Below are positions 59,473-64,000 of a stretch of DNA of 64,000 nucleotides, piece after piece; position 1 is the first letter of the stretch, and every line of letters starts with the position of its first letter. Source of the stretch: an uncultured Desulfuromonadaceae bacterium (GTDB taxonomy: Bacteria > Desulfobacterota > Desulfuromonadia > Geobacterales > Pseudopelobacteraceae); assembly GCA_964292275.1 (NCBI GenBank), contig CAXYUZ010000011.1, positions 13,575-77,574 of the forward strand, read 5' to 3'. Below the pieces are notes generated by a model. It was not told where the DNA came from. It searched no databases and worked only from the letters and a program-made list of their open reading frames with translations. Both the position numbers and the translations under genes were made by a program.

Positions 59473-60126
59473 ATGGAATTCAAGGCTGTATATTTTGATT
59501 TGGACGGCACTCTGGTCAACTCGCTGGATGATCTGGCCGATGCTACCAATCACATGCTGAGCGGCATGAACCGCCCAACCCTGACCAAACCGGCCGTACG
59601 GCGACTGCTTGGCCGGGGGGTACGCGACCTTGTCGCCAAGGCGTTACAGAGCGATTCCGCTACAGAGATCGAGAGCGGTGTAAAACTGTTTATCGATTTC
59701 AACATCCGTCACATTGCCGACAAGAGCAGACTCTATCCCGGAGTCATCGAGACCCTGGACAAGCTCTCCGACAGGGGGGTCCGGCTGGCAGTCATCTCCA
59801 ACAAGAATGAAGAGCTCAGCCGGCTGATCCTGAAGAGTCTGGCGGTGGATCACTACTTCCAGAACATCTGCGGCGGCGACACCTTTAGCGAGATGAAGCC
59901 CTCCCCGCTTCCGCTGCTGCGCGTCAGCGAGATGATCGGCATCACACCGGATCAGGCTGTCATGGTTGGCGACAGCATCAACGACATCCTGGCCGGTAAA
60001 ACCGCCGGCATCAAGACCATCGCCTGCACATGGGGGTTCGGCGAGCAGGAAGAATTTATTAACGCCGACTATCTGGCTGGCTCCTGCCCGGATCTGGACA
60101 AGCTCCTCCACCAGCAGGCAAACTGA
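59473..60126 (+). CDS. HAD-superfamily hydrolase (phosphoglycolate phosphatase-like)
   Basis: Start at ATG 59473, 2 nt after the yhbY stop. Motif I is FDLDGTL. Confidence 0.8.
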   Translation: MEFKAVYFDLDGTLVNSLDDLADATNHMLSGMNRPTLTKPAVRRLLGRGVRDLVAKALQSDSATEIESGVKLFIDFNIRHIADKSRLYPGVIETLDKLSDRGVRLAVISNKNEELSRLILKSLAVDHYFQNICGGDTFSEMKPSPLPLLRVSEMIGITPDQAVMVGDSINDILAGKTAGIKTIACTWGFGEQEEFINADYLAGSCPDLDKLLHQQAN

Positions 60127-60131
60127 CCGCC

Positions 60132-61871
60132 ATGTACGGCTGGAACGGAGTCATACTCCATATCGACCTGGGACAACGTACCAGTCAACGACAGCAGATC
60201 CCTAAGATATTACTTGAAGAATACCTTGGTGGCAGAGGGCTTGCCGTCCGTTTGATGCGGCCGTTTTACAGGTTCGACCCGTTTGACCCGCAAATGCCGC
60301 TGTTCCTCTCCTGCGGGCCACTCTGCGGAACAGCCGCACCAGCGTCGGAACAGCTGTTCATCACAACACGCTCGCCGCTGACCGGCACCATCTTCAGCAG
60401 CGGCATGGCCGGCAGCCTCCCCATACAGCTCAAGGCAGCCGGTCTTGATGCCATCACCATCTCCGGCCGCAGCAGCACTCCACTAAACATCACAATCACC
60501 CCCAGCGGCGTGGAGTTCACCCCGGCGGACACCCTCTGGGGGAGCGACACACCAACAGCCATTACCGCTTTAGGGAAAAATAGCGCCGTGGCGGTCATCG
60601 GACCTGCCGGTGAAAACCTGATCCCGTTTGCCAACATCATCTCCTCAGACGGCAACAGCTCCGGACGCGGCGGCGCCGGTGCGGTCATGGGCTCAAAGAA
60701 TCTCAAGGCCATCACAATCAGTGGCGATAACACCACACCAGTTGCAAACCAAAGTCTGTTTGAAAAAGCCCGCCAGGATATCATCCGGCTCTTCAATGCC
60801 TCACCAGTCATCTCCGGCCCGCTTGGCATGACCGAATTCGGCTCAACGGTGCTGGTCGACCTACTGGCCCAACGCCGTATGACACCGACCAACAACTTCC
60901 GCCAAACGTTTTTCGAACAATCCACCAACTACTCCGCCACGGCAATCAGATCCCGCTATGCCCCATCCGCCAAGGGGTGTTACAACTGCCCGATCCGTTG
61001 CAAAAAGGTGACCCAAACCGGCGAGCAGCTGCCCGACTACGAGGCGATTTCGCACTTCGGGGCGCTGAACAACAACGCCAATCTGGACGAAATCATCCAG
61101 GCCAGCAACGCCTGTAGCAGATTCGGACTTGATCCGCTGACAACCGCTGCGACCATCGCAACCTGGCGCGAAATCATGGCTGAGCAGGGAACCGGCAGCG
61201 AAATCCCCCTCCTGATCGAGGAGATTGCCTTCCGGCGCGGCAACGGCCAGCTGCTCTCCCTCGGCGCGGCACGGCTGGCTAAAGAACTGGGGCACCCCGA
61301 ACTGGCCATGTGCGTCAAGGCGCTGGAGCTCCCCCCCTACGACCCGCGCGGCGCCTATGGCATGGCACTCGGCTACTGCACAAGCCCACACGGCGGCTGC
61401 CACCTCCCCGCCTACAGCATCACCCATGAAATCCTGCGCAAACCGGTGCCGACAAACCGCTTCTCCCTCTCCGGCAAGGCGCGCATCATCTCGATTGCCG
61501 AGGAAAACAACGCCGCCGTCGATTCGCTGGCCGTCTGCCGGACTGCCTTCCTGGGCGCCAGCCTGGAGGAGTACGCCGAACTGTTGACCGCCGTAACCGG
61601 TCTGGAATACACATCAGGCCGACTGGCGCAAATTGGCCGCCGGATTATCCTGACGGAGCGTTTCTACAACTGTGCCAACGGCTTCCGCCGCAAGGACGAT
61701 TTCCTGCCAGAGCGTTTCTTCAAAGAGCCGGGGAGCAGCGGTGACGGCATCCAGATCCCGCCGCTGGACGCCACACGCTTTGAGGCAGAGCTGGATAAAT
61801 ACTATCGGATTCGCGGATTGAATTCGGAGGGATGTTTTGATGAAATGAACTTCCTGGAACAACAGCCGTGA
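60132..61871 (+). CDS. Aldehyde:ferredoxin oxidoreductase family (tungsten/molybdopterin) enzyme
   Basis: AOR N-terminal domain MYGWNGVILHIDL. 579 aa. Confidence 0.8.
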   Translation: MYGWNGVILHIDLGQRTSQRQQIPKILLEEYLGGRGLAVRLMRPFYRFDPFDPQMPLFLSCGPLCGTAAPASEQLFITTRSPLTGTIFSSGMAGSLPIQLKAAGLDAITISGRSSTPLNITITPSGVEFTPADTLWGSDTPTAITALGKNSAVAVIGPAGENLIPFANIISSDGNSSGRGGAGAVMGSKNLKAITISGDNTTPVANQSLFEKARQDIIRLFNASPVISGPLGMTEFGSTVLVDLLAQRRMTPTNNFRQTFFEQSTNYSATAIRSRYAPSAKGCYNCPIRCKKVTQTGEQLPDYEAISHFGALNNNANLDEIIQASNACSRFGLDPLTTAATIATWREIMAEQGTGSEIPLLIEEIAFRRGNGQLLSLGAARLAKELGHPELAMCVKALELPPYDPRGAYGMALGYCTSPHGGCHLPAYSITHEILRKPVPTNRFSLSGKARIISIAEENNAAVDSLAVCRTAFLGASLEEYAELLTAVTGLEYTSGRLAQIGRRIILTERFYNCANGFRRKDDFLPERFFKEPGSSGDGIQIPPLDATRFEAELDKYYRIRGLNSEGCFDEMNFLEQQP

Positions 61872-62278
61872 GCTGGTTCAAGGCCAAGCCAGCCCCTCAG
61901 CCACCCACCAGCAACGGTGATCTCGGCAAACTGGGTGAGAATCTGGCAACGGAATTCCTGCTGGCAGCCGGATACAGGATCATTGAACGCAACTTCCGCT
62001 GCAAGGGGGGCGAGATCGATATCATCGCCCATGACCCTGTTCAGAATAGCCTGGTCTTTGCCGAGGTAAAAAGCCGCCGCGGCCTCTCCTACGGTGTCCC
62101 GCAACTCGCCGTAACCCCCTTCAAACAACGCCAGATCTCCAAGGCGGCCCTGACCTACATCTCACAACACAAACTGCACAACCAGAACGCGCGCTTCGAT
62201 GTGATCACAATCCTGTTCAATGCGGGTGGCAGTCACACGGTTGAGCAGATCCGGAATGCGTTTGAACTGGCCTATTAA
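61868..62278 (+). CDS. yraN: YraN family (UPF0102) endonuclease
   Basis: GE(I/L)DII...VFAEVKSRR matches the YraN signature. ATGA-like overlap with the AOR gene. Confidence 0.8.
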   Translation: MSWFKAKPAPQPPTSNGDLGKLGENLATEFLLAAGYRIIERNFRCKGGEIDIIAHDPVQNSLVFAEVKSRRGLSYGVPQLAVTPFKQRQISKAALTYISQHKLHNQNARFDVITILFNAGGSHTVEQIRNAFELAY

Positions 62279-62292
62279 AAGCCTGCCGAGCC

Positions 62293-62368
62293 GTAGCTGT
62301 TCGCCCAATCAGGGCGCATGTAATACGCTTCTACATCAGGCATTTGAATATTTAACCACCGGAGCAAT
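62293..62368 (-). ncRNA. Conserved structured element (copy 3, reverse orientation, 3'-truncated), between convergent yraN and cstA
   Basis: Revcomp reads tattgctccggtggttaaatattcaaa...GTAGAAGCGtattacatgcgccctgattgggcgaaca. It shares the 5' two-thirds with copies 1 and 2 but lacks the closing-stem 3' strand. Confidence 0.35.
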
Positions 62369-62396
62369 AAGATCACCTGTTGCAACCCCCGCCAAT

Positions 62397-64000
62397 CTAG
62401 GCCAGCGGCAGATCGTCGGGGCCATGGGGTGAAACGACCGGGCAGTAGATCTTTTCCCGTTCATCATTCATGCCGGGCGGTTTTTCCAACTTCAGCAACC
62501 TGATCCAGACCCGGACATTCTCGACAATAATCAGCGCCACCAGGATAATAATGACCAGACTGAGAACGGTATTAAGCAGCATCCCCTTGGCCAGATAGAG
62601 CCTGATATTCATAAAACCAGCCGCAAATGTGGTGACAGCCATAAAGGCACATGGCAGACCGGTGATCAGCGCATAGTATTTCCTGGTCGAGATCCGCAGG
62701 ATGATCGTTGTACCAATCGCCAGGGCCAGGGCCGCCAGGGTCTGATTGGTCACGCCAAACATCGGCCAGATGGAGGAGACATCCCCGGTGTAGAGCATGT
62801 ACCCCCAGGCAAAGGAGACTGCACCGCTGGTCAGCACGATACCTGGCACCCAGTCGGTTCGCTTGAAGGGAACATAAAAATTTCCGATGATATCCTGAAG
62901 GATGTAGCGTGCCACGCGGGTCCCGGCATCAATCGTTGTCAGAATAAACAGCGCCTCGAACATGATGATAAACTGAAACCAGTATTTCATCGTATGCTGC
63001 AACCCCTCGCCGATATTCGAAAAAATGTAGGCCGTGCCAACGGCCAGCGAAATGGCCCCGCCAGGACGATGGGCAACATCAAGGCCGACCAACCGGCACA
63101 GTTCCGGCAGATTCTGCACCGGCATGTTCAATTTGGCAAAGGCCTCGGCAGAGGTATTGATGGCAAAGTAGTCATTGGGGACCAGGGTAACGGCGGCCAG
63201 GAGCGCCATCAGACCGACAAAGGCCTCCGTCAGCATGGCGCCGTAGCCGACAAAGCGGATCTGGCTCTCCCTTTCCAGCATCTTGGGGGTCGTACCGGAA
63301 CCGATCAGGGCGTGAAAGCCGGAGATGGCGCCACAGGCAATTGTAATGAAGACATATGGCCAGACCGGACCGGGAATGATCGGCCCGCCCCCGGAGATGA
63401 AACTGGTCAGAAACGGCATCTGCACAGTCGGATTCACATAGAAGAGCCCCAGCGCCAGCCCGCCGATGACGGCAATCTTCATGTAGGTACTCAGGTAATC
63501 ACGCGGAGCAAGCAGCAGCCAGACCGGCAGGGCAGCGGCACAGAAGCCATAGAGGGGCAGAATAATCGACAGACTCTGCTTGCTGAAGGTGAACCATCCG
63601 GCAATGGACGACTCGGCAACCGGGGCGCCGAAGTAAACGGCCGCAAGCACCGCCAGCACGCCAAAAACAGTTCCGGACACAATCGCCCCCGGCCTGATCT
63701 TGAACATATACAGACCAACAAGCATGGCAATCGGGATGGTCATCGCAATCGTAAAAACGCCCCAAGGGTTGTTATAAAGCGCGTTGGCAACCGCCACGGC
63801 CAGACCGGCCAGGGCAACGATAATGATAAACAGCGTCACGAAGGCCGTAGTTATGCCGGTAAGCCGGCTGACATCCCTGCGGGCGATAACCGCCAGCGGC
63901 TGTCCCTGATGGCGGACCGAGGCAAAGAGCATGATCATGTCATGCACGCAGCCGGCAAAGACCGATCCGAGCAGAATCCAGAAAAAACCTGGGCCCCAGC
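62397..64000 (-). CDS. cstA: Carbon starvation protein A (CstA family pyruvate/peptide transporter), N-terminus beyond window
   Basis: Polytopic membrane protein with CstA-like conserved segments. The ORF is open to the window edge. Confidence 0.8.
   Translation of the reverse strand, partial: WGPGFFWILLGSVFAGCVHDMIMLFASVRHQGQPLAVIARRDVSRLTGITTAFVTLFIIIVALAGLAVAVANALYNNPWGVFTIAMTIPIAMLVGLYMFKIRPGAIVSGTVFGVLAVLAAVYFGAPVAESSIAGWFTFSKQSLSIILPLYGFCAAALPVWLLLAPRDYLSTYMKIAVIGGLALGLFYVNPTVQMPFLTSFISGGGPIIPGPVWPYVFITIACGAISGFHALIGSGTTPKMLERESQIRFVGYGAMLTEAFVGLMALLAAVTLVPNDYFAINTSAEAFAKLNMPVQNLPELCRLVGLDVAHRPGGAISLAVGTAYIFSNIGEGLQHTMKYWFQFIIMFEALFILTTIDAGTRVARYILQDIIGNFYVPFKRTDWVPGIVLTSGAVSFAWGYMLYTGDVSSIWPMFGVTNQTLAALALAIGTTIILRISTRKYYALITGLPCAFMAVTTFAAGFMNIRLYLAKGMLLNTVLSLVIIILVALIIVENVRVWIRLLKLEKPPGMNDEREKIYCPVVSPHGPDDLPLA

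Noticed and set aside
1-64000. tRNA/rRNA genes and integrase marking island boundaries
   Set aside because: No cloverleaf-like T-arm/anticodon arrangement (GGTTCGAATCC-type) or integrase/transposase ORF was seen. Island edges are instead marked by AT-rich spacers and terminators.

Overview
This 64 kb window looks like a deltaproteobacterial (Geobacter/Desulfuromonas-like) chromosome segment with several accessory modules set into core genes; the two I rate highest as candidate undescribed systems are (iv) and (vi). All calls rest on reading the supplied ORF translations and the nucleotide sequence; no searches were run.

Main blocks, 5' to 3':
- (i) 1-8539: a Type I restriction-modification locus, hsdM(partial)-rhuM-hsdS-[GxxExxY PD-(D/E)XK protein]-hsdR-DUF45/M48 peptidase. 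The first three genes are coupled by ATGA overlaps. An AT-rich spacer (8540-9096) follows.
- (ii) 9097-21686: core genes. DoxX, prfC, a minus-strand chemotaxis operon (cheW-cheA-cheR-HDOD-cheB), a FleQ-like sigma54 activator with a degenerate receiver, an SLT-domain protein, dodecin, an MBL hydrolase and an M48 lipoprotein.
- (iii) 21880-26231: a cobalamin block with an unusual single-ORF CbiH-CobQ fusion, then cbiB and cobD.
- (iv) 26323-37931: envelope and signalling genes. A zinc-ribbon/DUF898 membrane protein tightly linked to an M48 protease, a PTP-type phosphatase, an MGDG-synthase-like glycosyltransferase, a flotillin-like protein with about five tandem N-terminal repeats, and a TonB-dependent receptor-YfiR-GGDEF/EAL operon.
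- (v) 37989-43310: a roughly 135 bp MITE-like repeat family (three copies; two flank an M23 peptidase gene), an ABC-2 transporter pair and a Fic protein.
- (vi) 43320-52640: an Rhs polymorphic-toxin island. It holds a full-length Sec-signal rhs gene with a small immunity gene, a TPR gene, a promoterless orphan rhs C-terminal cassette sharing a 1.58 kb direct repeat with the main gene and paired with a CPBP (Abi) immunity-like gene, two further rhs remnants, and an upstream InlB-B-repeat-like secreted protein. Immunity genes are AT-rich.
- (vii) 52638-58792: a hopanoid cluster, shc-hpnA-dxs-hpnH.
- (viii) 59008-64000: yhbY-HAD-AOR-yraN and a partial cstA.

A conserved roughly 85 nt element with compensatory stem variation occurs three times (39278, 59008, 62293 reverse) and may be an uncharacterised cis-regulatory RNA or promoter module. 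No tRNA, rRNA or CRISPR array was seen.
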